IMG/VR virus record: IMGVR_UViG_3300025401_000012
Origin: a virus
Taxonomy: Duplodnaviria > Caudoviricetes
Strand: one strand, 5' to 3'
Length of the DNA stretch: 64,000 nucleotides
Part shown: positions 7,638-18,500 of the stretch, piece by piece
Layout: the number at the start of each line of letters is the position of its first letter
How positions within the stretch are numbered: the stretch's first letter is position 1
Made by a program: the position numbers and the translations under genes
Notes under the pieces: model-generated
Databases searched by the model: none
What the model saw: the letters and a program-made list of their open reading frames with translations, nothing else
Told to the model about the DNA's origin: nothing

Positions 7638-9911
7638 ATGAGTCTTGATAATCTTTCAGATACAATTGATTCTGCAACAACAGATTTATCTAATTCAATT
7701 AGCTCGGGTGTTAGTTCAATTGTATCTGGAGCAGCTAGTGCATTATCTGCAGTTGGTAATGCTGTTAGCGGACTTTTTAGTAGTCTCGGATCAGCATTTA
7801 AACCGATACCAAACATTCAACTACCTTTGCCAAATCCACTATTTGATTATGCAAGCTATGATTATGTATTGGGACTTGCTTGTTTAACAGACGAGCAACT
7901 GAATAATCCGGATAAAGGGTATATGTCAGGTGCTATCCCTTATCAAATTATAGCTAAAGATGCAAATGCTGATCCTAAAAATCGTGTAACTACTCCATAC
8001 GGACAATTTGATTATTTTATAGACAAATTAGAAATTGACAGCACTATCGGATTAGAAAAAGGCAACAATACTAACGTACATACGTTAAACTTTCAAGTTA
8101 CAGAACCTTACAGTATGGGTACATTCATGATGGCTTTACAACAAGCTGCTTGGAATACCAACCCCGATGACCCTCCTAATTATACACAAGCTCCTTTTTT
8201 ATTAACAATTGAATTTAGGGGTTCTAAAGAAAACGGTGTGATGGCAAATATACCAAACGCTTCACGCAGAATTCCTTTTAGATTTAGAAATGTAACCATG
8301 ACAGTAACCGAAGCAGGTGCTGTTTATAAATGTGAAGGGTTTCCTTGGAATAGTACAGCACTAAGCGGGCATACTAGTGCTATAAAAAATGATGCCAGTG
8401 TCAAAGGAATCACTGTACAAGAAGTATTACAAACTGGAGAAAAAAGTTTACAAGCCGCTTTAAATAAAAGATTACAACAACTACAAACAGATAAAATTGT
8501 TAAAAAACCAGATCAGATTGTTATATTGTTTCCAACAGATGTTAGTTCTGCAGGTGTTAATAAAACAGGCGGCGATACTGAAGACAGCACTGGAGCAACT
8601 ACACAAACTGATGCATCTAGTGTAGATGCAGTAGCAAAAAAGTTGGGATTAACACAAAGTTCAGTTCCAGGCAACGGTACATTAGTTCAAGATCCTGCTA
8701 ATGTAAACGGCATTGGCAAAGCTAAAATGGGATTTAGCGATACCAGAAAAGGCGATGCTCCTATTGGTAAAGATAATAAAACATATGATGATAAAGGTAA
8801 TAATATACGTAGCAACAATACTGTAGATCCTAAAGTAGGTGATTTAAGATTTAGTCAAGATACGGATATTACTACGGCCATTGATACAGTGTTGCTAAAC
8901 AGTGATTATGCTACTACACAATTAGATGAAACTAATATAGATGATAAAGGTCAACGTAAATGGTGGCGTATTGACACACAAGTTTATAACATTACTGATA
9001 ACGATAGTAATGCTGGTTCAACAAATGATAAACCTAAAATAATAGTTTATAGAATAGTACCCTACGGAGTACATACATCTAAAACTGTAACTCCTGGTGG
9101 AAAAGCTCCGGGACTTGAAAATCTTAAAAAAGAATGTGTTAAACAATACAACTATATCTATACAGGCAAAAACATAGATGTTATGAGTTTTAATATTGAA
9201 GTTAAAACTGGATTTGCAACATACATGGGAGCATCTGCTACCAAACGTACTATTGATAATCAAGTGCAAGAATCTGCTAGCGGTGCAGATAGTGCAGCAG
9301 ATAAAAACAATACAGCTCCAATGCCAGACGGAAAGAAGACAGAAAAGAAATTAGGAATACAGCCGGTTAAAGTAAATTATTCTGCAACTAGTACTGGCAG
9401 CGATAATCGTGGCGGTGGTGGTATTGGTAATGAAAAGACTCGTATTGCTCAACAATTCCACGATGCCATCACTAGCGCTGCAAGTATGGTACAGCTTGAC
9501 ATGAAAATTATCGGGGATCCTTATTGGATTGCACACAGCGGTATGGGAAATTATACATCTGTTCCTAGTCAATATCAAAATTTAAATAATGATGGAACTG
9601 TAAACTATCAAAACGGCGAAGTTCATGTGTCTGTAGATTTTAGAAGCCCTGTTGATATAAATCAAAGTACCGGATTATATGATTTTGGAAAGAGTGCAGG
9701 AAATAGCGTTCCTCTATTACAATGGAGCGGTATATATCAAGTAATTAAAGTTATTAGTAACTTTGACGGCGGATCTTTTACACAAAAACTATCCGGCCCA
9801 CGCATAAATGGCCAAGAAAATACAGGCGCTGGAGCTTCTTCAGACGTACTAAATGTTTCAAATGAAAAGAAAGACCCTGATCCAGTAACAGAACCCAATA
9901 GCAACGGATAA
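7638..9911 (+). CDS. Baseplate hub protein (gp27/gpD-like)
   Basis: Sits between gp53 and gp5. C-terminal ..IIGDPYW and ..GIYQVIKV...F..G.FTQ.L motifs of hub proteins. Confidence 0.6.
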   Translation: MSLDNLSDTIDSATTDLSNSISSGVSSIVSGAASALSAVGNAVSGLFSSLGSAFKPIPNIQLPLPNPLFDYASYDYVLGLACLTDEQLNNPDKGYMSGAIPYQIIAKDANADPKNRVTTPYGQFDYFIDKLEIDSTIGLEKGNNTNVHTLNFQVTEPYSMGTFMMALQQAAWNTNPDDPPNYTQAPFLLTIEFRGSKENGVMANIPNASRRIPFRFRNVTMTVTEAGAVYKCEGFPWNSTALSGHTSAIKNDASVKGITVQEVLQTGEKSLQAALNKRLQQLQTDKIVKKPDQIVILFPTDVSSAGVNKTGGDTEDSTGATTQTDASSVDAVAKKLGLTQSSVPGNGTLVQDPANVNGIGKAKMGFSDTRKGDAPIGKDNKTYDDKGNNIRSNNTVDPKVGDLRFSQDTDITTAIDTVLLNSDYATTQLDETNIDDKGQRKWWRIDTQVYNITDNDSNAGSTNDKPKIIVYRIVPYGVHTSKTVTPGGKAPGLENLKKECVKQYNYIYTGKNIDVMSFNIEVKTGFATYMGASATKRTIDNQVQESASGADSAADKNNTAPMPDGKKTEKKLGIQPVKVNYSATSTGSDNRGGGGIGNEKTRIAQQFHDAITSAASMVQLDMKIIGDPYWIAHSGMGNYTSVPSQYQNLNNDGTVNYQNGEVHVSVDFRSPVDINQSTGLYDFGKSAGNSVPLLQWSGIYQVIKVISNFDGGSFTQKLSGPRINGQENTGAGASSDVLNVSNEKKDPDPVTEPNSNG

Positions 9912-9914
9912 TAA

Positions 9915-11558
9915 ATGTCAAATTTAGATAATCAAAGAGAAGACTATACAAATACACCTAAAGAACCTAAGCCAGGTCCGTTCCTGGCTAAGGTAGTTAG
10001 TAATCTCGATCCGTCTTATATGGGTATTTTAGAAGTTGAAATTTTAAGACCATCGGGTGGTGGATCGAGTGAAAGTCAACTACACCAAGTAAAATACATG
10101 AGCCCGTTTTATGGAGTTACTAATGTAAATTACAACGGTAAAAATAATGATTACGGGGATACACAAAAGTCATATGGTATGTGGATGGTGCCTCCGGATC
10201 TTGGCGTTACAGTTGTTGTAATTTTTATCGACGGCGATCCCAAACGCGGTTATTGGATAGGTTGTGTTCAAGACGATAATATGAATTTTATGGTTCCAGG
10301 TCTTGCAGCTACGCAGTCATTAGAAAATCCTTCGACTGACGATATGGCAGGGAATACCGGCCGTGCACCAGCAGCAGAATATAATAAATCTATAGAAGCA
10401 AATAATACTTCAAAAGATCCAGAAAAATTAAAAAAACCTACGCATCCTTCTGTAAATTATCTAAAACATCAAGGTTTATTATTAGACGACATTCGAGGAA
10501 TTACAACTAGTAGTGCTAGGAGAGAAAGTCCTAGTAATGTATTTGGAATAAGTACTCCAGGCCCAATTGATAAAAATCCAGGAGCCAAAAAGTCTAAAAT
10601 AGGTAAAGCAGAATGGCTTGCTGACACATTTGTCAGCAGATTAGGCGGTAGTTCTTTTGTCATGGATGACGGCGATGCCAACTGGCTACGAAAAAAATCT
10701 GCTCATACAGCACCGCCTGAGTATGCTAGTATAGATGCCGGTGACACTGACGGTAATGTAAATTTACCGGCTAATGAATTAATTAGACTTCGCACACGTA
10801 CTGGCCATCAAATTTTATTACACAACACTGAAGATTTGATTTACATTACTAATAGCCGTGGCACAGCATGGATAGAACTAACTAGTAATGGCAAAATAGA
10901 CATTTATGCAGAAGATAGTATTAGTATTCATACCGGCAATGATTTAAATTTATATGCTGACCGTGACATTAATATGGAAGCTGGTAGAAATTTTAATCTT
11001 AAAGTAGCAGAGCGCCATCAAACAGAAGTTGGAAAAGATAAAATTACTATTGTTAACGGTAAAGTTGCTATACAAGTTGACGGAACACAAGACGAAACCA
11101 TTGCAGGTGCAGTTACAGAATCATACGGAGCTACACTTGATTTAACAACAGGCGCGGCTGTAAATATTACAACAGGCGATGCGCTAAATTTAAATATTGG
11201 CGGTGCTAGTGTAGTTTCTAGTTCAGGCGACTTTACAATTAAAGCTTCTAACACAGCAATCGACGGTGGAAATATCCATTTTAATTCAGGAATAGCTGGA
11301 GATGCAGGGTCAGCTTCCCCGGCAACTCCACCAACTCCTTTAACTACATTTGATAATCCTGCAGATGATGGTAGTACTATTAACAGTATAATGTTGAGAG
11401 TTCCTACCACAGAGCCTTACCCTGGCCATGAAAATTTAGATCCATCGAGTTTTACTCACAGTAAAACAGATAGAGAAACTGGTAGTGCAATAGATCCTCC
11501 AAATGCTTGGAAAACTTATAGTCTGTCTCAGGACACGTTTTTAAAAGGAAATAATTAA
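9915..11558 (+). CDS. gp5: Central spike, gp5/VgrG-like (OB-fold + beta-helix, no lysozyme)
   Basis: GPFLAKV..N.DP..MG.L.V OB-fold, YGMW.VPPD.G..V.V.F..GD...GYW.GC, SR.GG.SFVMDDG, RTRTGHQILLH repeats. Confidence 0.8.
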   Translation: MSNLDNQREDYTNTPKEPKPGPFLAKVVSNLDPSYMGILEVEILRPSGGGSSESQLHQVKYMSPFYGVTNVNYNGKNNDYGDTQKSYGMWMVPPDLGVTVVVIFIDGDPKRGYWIGCVQDDNMNFMVPGLAATQSLENPSTDDMAGNTGRAPAAEYNKSIEANNTSKDPEKLKKPTHPSVNYLKHQGLLLDDIRGITTSSARRESPSNVFGISTPGPIDKNPGAKKSKIGKAEWLADTFVSRLGGSSFVMDDGDANWLRKKSAHTAPPEYASIDAGDTDGNVNLPANELIRLRTRTGHQILLHNTEDLIYITNSRGTAWIELTSNGKIDIYAEDSISIHTGNDLNLYADRDINMEAGRNFNLKVAERHQTEVGKDKITIVNGKVAIQVDGTQDETIAGAVTESYGATLDLTTGAAVNITTGDALNLNIGGASVVSSSGDFTIKASNTAIDGGNIHFNSGIAGDAGSASPATPPTPLTTFDNPADDGSTINSIMLRVPTTEPYPGHENLDPSSFTHSKTDRETGSAIDPPNAWKTYSLSQDTFLKGNN

Positions 11559-11560
11559 TT

Positions 11561-11995
11561 ATGGCTAATTTATATACTAAAACAGTAATACCACAGAAAC
11601 ATAATAATGCGCAGTCTAGAGTTCAGCGTTACAAAGGATTTAGTACAGTTAACCACAAAACTAAAAATTTTGCTTTGTATGATTTTGAATTAATCAAGCA
11701 AGATTTATTGAATCATTTTTACATACGTCAAGGTGAAAGATTGATGCAACCGGCATTTGGCACAATCATATGGGATCTATTGTTTGAACCGTTAACACCT
11801 GAAATACAAAATTTAATTTTGCAAAATGTAAATCAGATTTTTAACAGTGACCCGCGTATTCAAGCTGGCAATATCGTTATTACGCCATATGATACTGGAT
11901 TAGAAATTAAGTGTGATTTAAAATATCTGCTTTATAACATTCAGGAAAGCATGAAATTACAATTCGATCAAGCCAACGGTTTATTAACATACTAG
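11561..11995 (+). CDS. gp25: Baseplate wedge subunit
   Basis: LIKQDLLNHF..RQGER.M.P.FGT.IW.LLFEP...DPRI motif. Confidence 0.9.
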   Translation: MANLYTKTVIPQKHNNAQSRVQRYKGFSTVNHKTKNFALYDFELIKQDLLNHFYIRQGERLMQPAFGTIIWDLLFEPLTPEIQNLILQNVNQIFNSDPRIQAGNIVITPYDTGLEIKCDLKYLLYNIQESMKLQFDQANGLLTY

Positions 11996-12026
11996 TACAT
12001 AATAAACTACCCACTTAATTTAATCT

Positions 12027-12034
12027 AATAAATA
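12027..12034 (+). promoter_or_regulatory. Late promoter upstream of gp6
   Basis: AATAAATA 18 nt before the ATG at 12053, followed by an AGGA SD. Confidence 0.6.
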
Positions 12035-12052
12035 TACTTATTAGGACATATC

Positions 12053-15000
12053 ATGAGCTCAACGGATCGACAAAATAATTTGCTAATCGCTGAAGATTGG
12101 CATAAAATTTATCAGTCATTTAAGAACGCAAACTTTCAAAGTTACGATTTTGATAACTTGCGTCGTACAATGATTGATTATATCCGTACAAATTTTCCTG
12201 AAGATTTCAACGATTATATTGAGTCAAGCGAGTACTTGGCCCTTATCGACCTTATTGCATATATTGGTCAAAGCATAGCTTTCCGTGTTGATTTAAACGC
12301 TCGTGAAAACTTTTTAGAGCTAGCAGAACGTCGTGATAGTGTTCTACGCCTGGCACGTATGGTCAGTTATAATGCTAGCAGAACAGTTTCTGCTAGAGGG
12401 TTATTAAAATTTAATACTGTACAAACTACTGAATCTGTTTTAGACAGTAACGGCAGAAATTTAGCGAGCCAGTTTATAACTTGGAACGATCCTAGTAATG
12501 TTAACTGGTATGATCAATTTATTAAAGTGGTTAACGCTGCACTGCCCCAAACACAGCAATTTGGAAATCCTGTCGATCAAGCTACTATCTATAATATTCC
12601 TACAGCTCAGTATAGATTTAATGCCAATAATAACGATGTGCCAATTTACTTTTTTAGTAAAACTATTGCAGGTCGTAGTATGAACTTTGAAATTACAAGC
12701 ACTACTTTCAAAGGAAAAAGCTATGTTTACGAAGAGGCACCAAAAATTGCAAATCAAATAGCCTGCATTTATAGTGATGATGGATATGGTGCTAGTAGTC
12801 CAGGTACTGGTTTCTTTTTTAATTTTACCCAAGGTACACTAAATCAAGGTACATTCACTGTTTCTCAACCTACAACAAATCAAACAATAGATATTAATAC
12901 ACAAAATATTAACAATACTGATGTTTGGTTGTATGGATTAAATCAAAGTACAGGGTTAGAAAGTACATTATGGTCACAAGTACCTTCTACTACCGGCAAT
13001 AATATTATCTATAATAGTTTAAATTCTAATATTAAAGACATTTATAGTGTTATTACCCGAGCTAGTGATGCTATTACATTATCATTCAGCGACGGCACTT
13101 TTGGTAATTTGCCAATAGGCGATTTTAGAGTTTATTATAGAGTAAGTAATGGATTGAGTTATACAATCAATCCTGCAGATATTATCAACGTAGTTGTTAA
13201 TATTCCGTATATTAGTGCATCTGGTAAACAAGAAACGTTAAGTATTGGTCTTAATCTTGCAACAAGTGTAACCAATGCATCGACATCAGAATCTAATGCT
13301 AGTGTTAAAACAAATGCTCCACAAACATACTATACACAAAATCGTATGGTTACCGGAGAAGATTATAACATCAGCCCATTAAGTGCTAATTTACAAATTG
13401 CCAAAGTAAAATCTATTAATAGAACCAGTAGTGGTATAAGCCGATATTTTGATCTTATTGATCCTACTGGAAAATATAGTTCTACAACTTTATATGCAAA
13501 TGACGGATTAGTTTATCAAGACATTTATACATCATCTGTTAATTTTACATATGTGACCCAAACTGATATCGAAGGTGTCATCTATAATACATTGTATGAT
13601 ATTTTGAATAGTGCGGATTTAAAGAATTTTTATTATTCAAACTTTTTAGATTATTTAAGTGTCAGTCTTAATGTTGCATGGTATACTGTAACAACAGATA
13701 GTAATTCTGTTAGTGGATACATCGGTAGTATTTTAGATAGAACACCTTACAAGGTCGGTTCTTATACTTCTACAGATTTACAATATGTTACTCCTGGCGC
13801 ATTAATTAAATTTACAGCCCCAACAGGATATTATTTTAATCCTAATGCAACACCAACAACATTGGCTGCTATTCCTACTTCTGGAATACCATATGGTGGG
13901 ACAACTTACTTATGGGCATCTGTGGTAAGTGTAGTGAATGATGGAACTGGAAACGGTCTAGGAACAGTTACAATTAATAATGTTACTAGCGGTGCTATTG
14001 TATTAGATAAAGTTATACCTGATGTAACAATAAATGGTATAGTACATGCACCCACAGCTACGCAGATTATTCCTAAATTTGTAACAACACTAACACCATC
14101 TGTTATAACTACAATGATTGATTTGGTGTTTGCTAATGATAATTTTGGATTAAGATACGATATTGCTACACAAAGTTGGCAAATTATTTTTACAACTAAT
14201 TTAAATACAACTAATGTTTTTAATTTAGCAAATCAAGGAAGCCAGGCAAATTTACAATTAGATTCTAGTTGGTTAATTTTGTTTACCACTAATACAGAAA
14301 CATATACAATTACTTCACGCAAATTGCGATATGTATTTGAAAGTGATCAAGAAGTAACATTTTATTTTGATAGTAGTTCAAATATATATGATTCAGTATC
14401 ATCGCAGACTATTGTTGATACAATTAGTGTTTTAAGCATAAATCAACAACCTTATCCTGCGTCCACTCCGTTTACACAAGATTTAGTTTGGCAAATATCA
14501 TCAGAATATTTTGGTCAAGATGGCTATATCGATCCTAAAAAATTAGTAATTACATTCTTAGATTCAAACGGGACTGGTATTGCTGATAATCCACAATTAT
14601 TTTTAGATATTGTTAATCCTAGTAGTTCGACTTATATTGTTGAACAACTTTATAAAATATCTGAAGGACAAGAGGATTACAAATATGTTGCTAACGATCC
14701 TGTAACTGGACCTGTAATAATTGTTGCAAATCAAGCAGCAATTGGTTCATTATCAAATTATGCAAACGGATCTTATTTCTATGTTATTGATACAGATACT
14801 GTTTATCAATCAGATTTAACAATAGGACAATTACTTCCTAGTTTAAATTACAAAGTTTATATTGGTAGATCTAATTTAAAATTTCAATACAAACATAGTG
14901 CAGATTACGATTCAAGAATAGATCCAGGTACAAGTAATATTATTGACATTTATGTCTTAACAACTAGTTACGATACTGCATATCGTACTTGGGTTACATC

Positions 15001-15550
15001 TGGCGGAACAGAACCACTTCCTCCTAGTAGTACTGAATTGACCACTTTACTATCTTCTAATTTAAATTTAATAAAAACAGTTTCTGATGAAATTGTTTAT
15101 CATCCAGTTAGTTACACACTATTGTTTGGAGCACAAGCTGATCCAAATTTACAAGCTACATTCAATGTAATGATTAATCCAAATAGTGCAGTTTCAACAG
15201 CGGATGTCCAAGCACGAATACTAATAGCTATTAATACATTTTTCAATTTAGAAAATTGGAATTTTGGAGATACCTTTTATTTTACAGAATTGAGTACTTA
15301 CGTTATGAATGAATTGTCACCCGACATTATAAATTTTGCAATAGTTCCTAAACAACCAGGTTTATATTTTGGTAGTTTATTTGAAATACAATGTCCTGGA
15401 GACCGTATATTATTAAGTTGTGCTACTACAGCCGACATTGCAATTGTTAGTGGATTTACAAGTAGTAATTTAAAAACAATTACAGCTACAACCACAAGTG
15501 TTACTACTAATCAGGTAATAACAAGTTCAGTATTTGGAGGTAAAGCCTAA
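12053..15550 (+). CDS. gp6: Baseplate wedge subunit (gp6/gpJ-like)
   Basis: DFD.LR..MI.YI..N.PE.FND...SS...ALID..AY, ENFL..A.RR.SV..LA, FGDG/FSDG, ES..S.K..AP..Y..QNR.VT.EDY. Confidence 0.9.
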   Translation: MSSTDRQNNLLIAEDWHKIYQSFKNANFQSYDFDNLRRTMIDYIRTNFPEDFNDYIESSEYLALIDLIAYIGQSIAFRVDLNARENFLELAERRDSVLRLARMVSYNASRTVSARGLLKFNTVQTTESVLDSNGRNLASQFITWNDPSNVNWYDQFIKVVNAALPQTQQFGNPVDQATIYNIPTAQYRFNANNNDVPIYFFSKTIAGRSMNFEITSTTFKGKSYVYEEAPKIANQIACIYSDDGYGASSPGTGFFFNFTQGTLNQGTFTVSQPTTNQTIDINTQNINNTDVWLYGLNQSTGLESTLWSQVPSTTGNNIIYNSLNSNIKDIYSVITRASDAITLSFSDGTFGNLPIGDFRVYYRVSNGLSYTINPADIINVVVNIPYISASGKQETLSIGLNLATSVTNASTSESNASVKTNAPQTYYTQNRMVTGEDYNISPLSANLQIAKVKSINRTSSGISRYFDLIDPTGKYSSTTLYANDGLVYQDIYTSSVNFTYVTQTDIEGVIYNTLYDILNSADLKNFYYSNFLDYLSVSLNVAWYTVTTDSNSVSGYIGSILDRTPYKVGSYTSTDLQYVTPGALIKFTAPTGYYFNPNATPTTLAAIPTSGIPYGGTTYLWASVVSVVNDGTGNGLGTVTINNVTSGAIVLDKVIPDVTINGIVHAPTATQIIPKFVTTLTPSVITTMIDLVFANDNFGLRYDIATQSWQIIFTTNLNTTNVFNLANQGSQANLQLDSSWLILFTTNTETYTITSRKLRYVFESDQEVTFYFDSSSNIYDSVSSQTIVDTISVLSINQQPYPASTPFTQDLVWQISSEYFGQDGYIDPKKLVITFLDSNGTGIADNPQLFLDIVNPSSSTYIVEQLYKISEGQEDYKYVANDPVTGPVIIVANQAAIGSLSNYANGSYFYVIDTDTVYQSDLTIGQLLPSLNYKVYIGRSNLKFQYKHSADYDSRIDPGTSNIIDIYVLTTSYDTAYRTWVTSGGTEPLPPSSTELTTLLSSNLNLIKTVSDEIVYHPVSYTLLFGAQADPNLQATFNVMINPNSAVSTADVQARILIAINTFFNLENWNFGDTFYFTELSTYVMNELSPDIINFAIVPKQPGLYFGSLFEIQCPGDRILLSCATTADIAIVSGFTSSNLKTITATTTSVTTNQVITSSVFGGKA

Positions 15551-18500
15551 TGGCTAATAGTAATGATGCTAACGCTGTTAATGGAAATAAAGGTCTTAGT
15601 GCAAATCTTTTACCAAAATTTTATCAAACTTCTGCTAACAAAAAGTTTTTACAGTCGACAATTGATCAATTATTCCAATCGGGATCGTTAACAAAAATTA
15701 GCGGTCTTATTGGAAGAGAAAATGCAAAAGCATCTACAGGTGCAGATGTGTATGTTGAAGCAGCAGATCAAGTAAGACAAAATTATCAACTAGAGCCTGG
15801 AATTACAATTAAGGATGCATTGGGCAATGTAACTTTTTATAAAGACTACATTGATTATATCAATCAGATAGGAGTATTTGGAGGGAATACTGACAATCAC
15901 CCTCGGTTAAACAAAGAAGAATTTTATAGTTGGAATCCACATATAGATTGGGATAAATTTGTTAATTTTCAGAATTATTATTGGTTGCCTTACGGGCCAG
16001 ACGCAATAACTGTTTACGGTTCTCAACAGGCAATCAACAGTACATATACTGTAGAATTGCAAGCAGAAGGATCAAATAATCAATATGTGTTCACACCTAA
16101 TGGGTTCACACCTAACCCAGTTCTAAGATTATACAGAGGACAAACATACACATTTATTATTAATAGTCCAGGCAATCCTTTTAGTTTCATGACTCAAAGA
16201 TCTACAGGTTCTTTGAACAGATATAAAACTACAGGTATTGATAATTACGGAGTTACATCGGGTACAATAACATTTACAGTTCCAACAACAGCACCTAGTA
16301 TAATATATTATCAAAGCGAAACAGATTTAAATCTAGGCGGTGCAATTGAAATATTTAATATAACAACTGATACATTAATTGATGTTGAAAAAGTTATCTT
16401 AGGTAAAAAATCTGTTACTTTAGATAATGGTGTTACACTAAGCAATGGAATGAAATTACAATTTGGTGGCACTGTTATTCCTGCAGAATATGCTAAAGGA
16501 CAGTATTACGTTGAAGGTGTAGGATCTTCGATTAAATTAGTATTAACTTCTATTCTTGAAGTAGTAAGTCCTTATACTACAGAGCAATCTATCGAATTTG
16601 ATAATTTACCTTGGGATTCAGAGCCATTTGATGATGCAGTTGGTTATGCAGGATCTCTGGATTATATTACGATTAATCGAGCCAGTGCAGACCATAATCC
16701 ATGGTCTAGATATAATCGTTGGTTCCATAAAGATGTTATTAACACTAGTGCTGCATTTAATAAAAATACAGCAAATCTTGATCAAAAAACTAGAGCTAAT
16801 AGACCTATCATAGAATTTAACAGGGATATCAAATTATATAATTTTGGCAATAAAGCTATTTTTGACGTTGATTTAATTGATACTTTCACAACCGATGTGT
16901 TCTCGACAATTGAAGGTAGTATTGGATACAATATAGATGGTATAAATCTAGTACCTGGTATGCTTGTATTATTCACAGCAGATCTAGATCCTCTAGTAAA
17001 AAATAAAATTTATCGAGTAGAGTATGTCGATGTTAAACACTTAACTGGCGGAAGTAATCAACTGCATTTAGTTGAAGTAGCATCTCCTTTGTTAAATGAA
17101 GTTACATTAGTAAAACAAGGTGTAGCATATCAGAGTCAGATGTTTTGGTATGACGGTACAACATGGATACAAGGACAACAAAAAACTAAAGTTAATCAGA
17201 ATCCTTTGTTTGATGTAGTTGATAATAATGGTATAAGTTTTGGCAACAAGTCAGTTTATACCGGTAGTACTTTTGCCGGTACTAGTATTTTTTCTTATGC
17301 AATAGGTACCGGTGTAGCAGATTCTGTTTTAGGATTTCCATTATCTTATCAAAATGTAAACAATATAGGTGATATTGTCTTTAATTTTAATCTAGTAACA
17401 GACAGTTTTCAATATAAAAAATTAGATTTTGTTGAATCTTCTAATATAAATGTCGGATACTTGTCTACTTTAGATTATGCAGGAAACATTGTGTATGTAA
17501 ATGGTTGGAAAGTTAGCGAAGTTACTAATGCTCAGGCCGCAGTACGAATCTACAAAAATTCAGGTCTTACTAATAATTTTCCACTTGATATATTTGACAA
17601 TATTAAGAATTTAAACGATTTAGTTGTTAAAATTTATGTTAATGGAATTAGATTAGATCCAAGTTTATGGAAACTAGTGACCAAACCGATTTACTATCAA
17701 ATTCGATTAAAAACTCCGATTGCTAGTACAGATGTATTAACTATTAGAGCGTTTGCATCACAACCAATTAATGCAAATGGCTACTATGAAATACCTTTAA
17801 ATTTACAAAACAATCCATTAAATGACACAATGAAAGATTTCACATTAGGTGAAGTAATCGATCATGTAACTAGTATTGTTGATAATTTGACAACATTTAA
17901 AGGATCATTTCCAGGATCAAGTAATCTAAGGGATCTAGGAGAAATCGCACAGTACGGAACTAAATTTATTCAACATAGTGGTCCATTAAGTCTTGGAATT
18001 TATCATATCACATCAGAAGTTAATAATGTGATTAAGGCTGTAGAACAAGCTAAAACTGATTATAATAATTTTAAACAAAATTTTATAAATGTTGCTAATT
18101 CTCTAGGAGTTGACGGTGATACGATTACTATTGTTAACAAAGTATTAGCAAAAATTAATGAAAATAAACCAACAGTTGCACCTTATTACCTTAGTGATAT
18201 GGTACCATATGGTGCTTGTACAATAACTAATCTTACAGTTGTAGACTATAGAATTAAAAATTATCCATTAACTTCTGTGTTTACATTGGAAGCATTGAGT
18301 AATAAAGCTGTAGGAGTTTACCATAACAATGAACAATTAATTTATGGTCAAGATTATACTTTTAGCAACCAAGGATTTGTAATAATAGATCCAAGTGTTG
18401 CTTTGGCAAACGGCGATATTATCAGTACCTACGAGTATGAAAATACAGATGGGTCTTTTATTCCAGCAACTCCTACTAAGTTAGGTATGTGGCCTGCATT

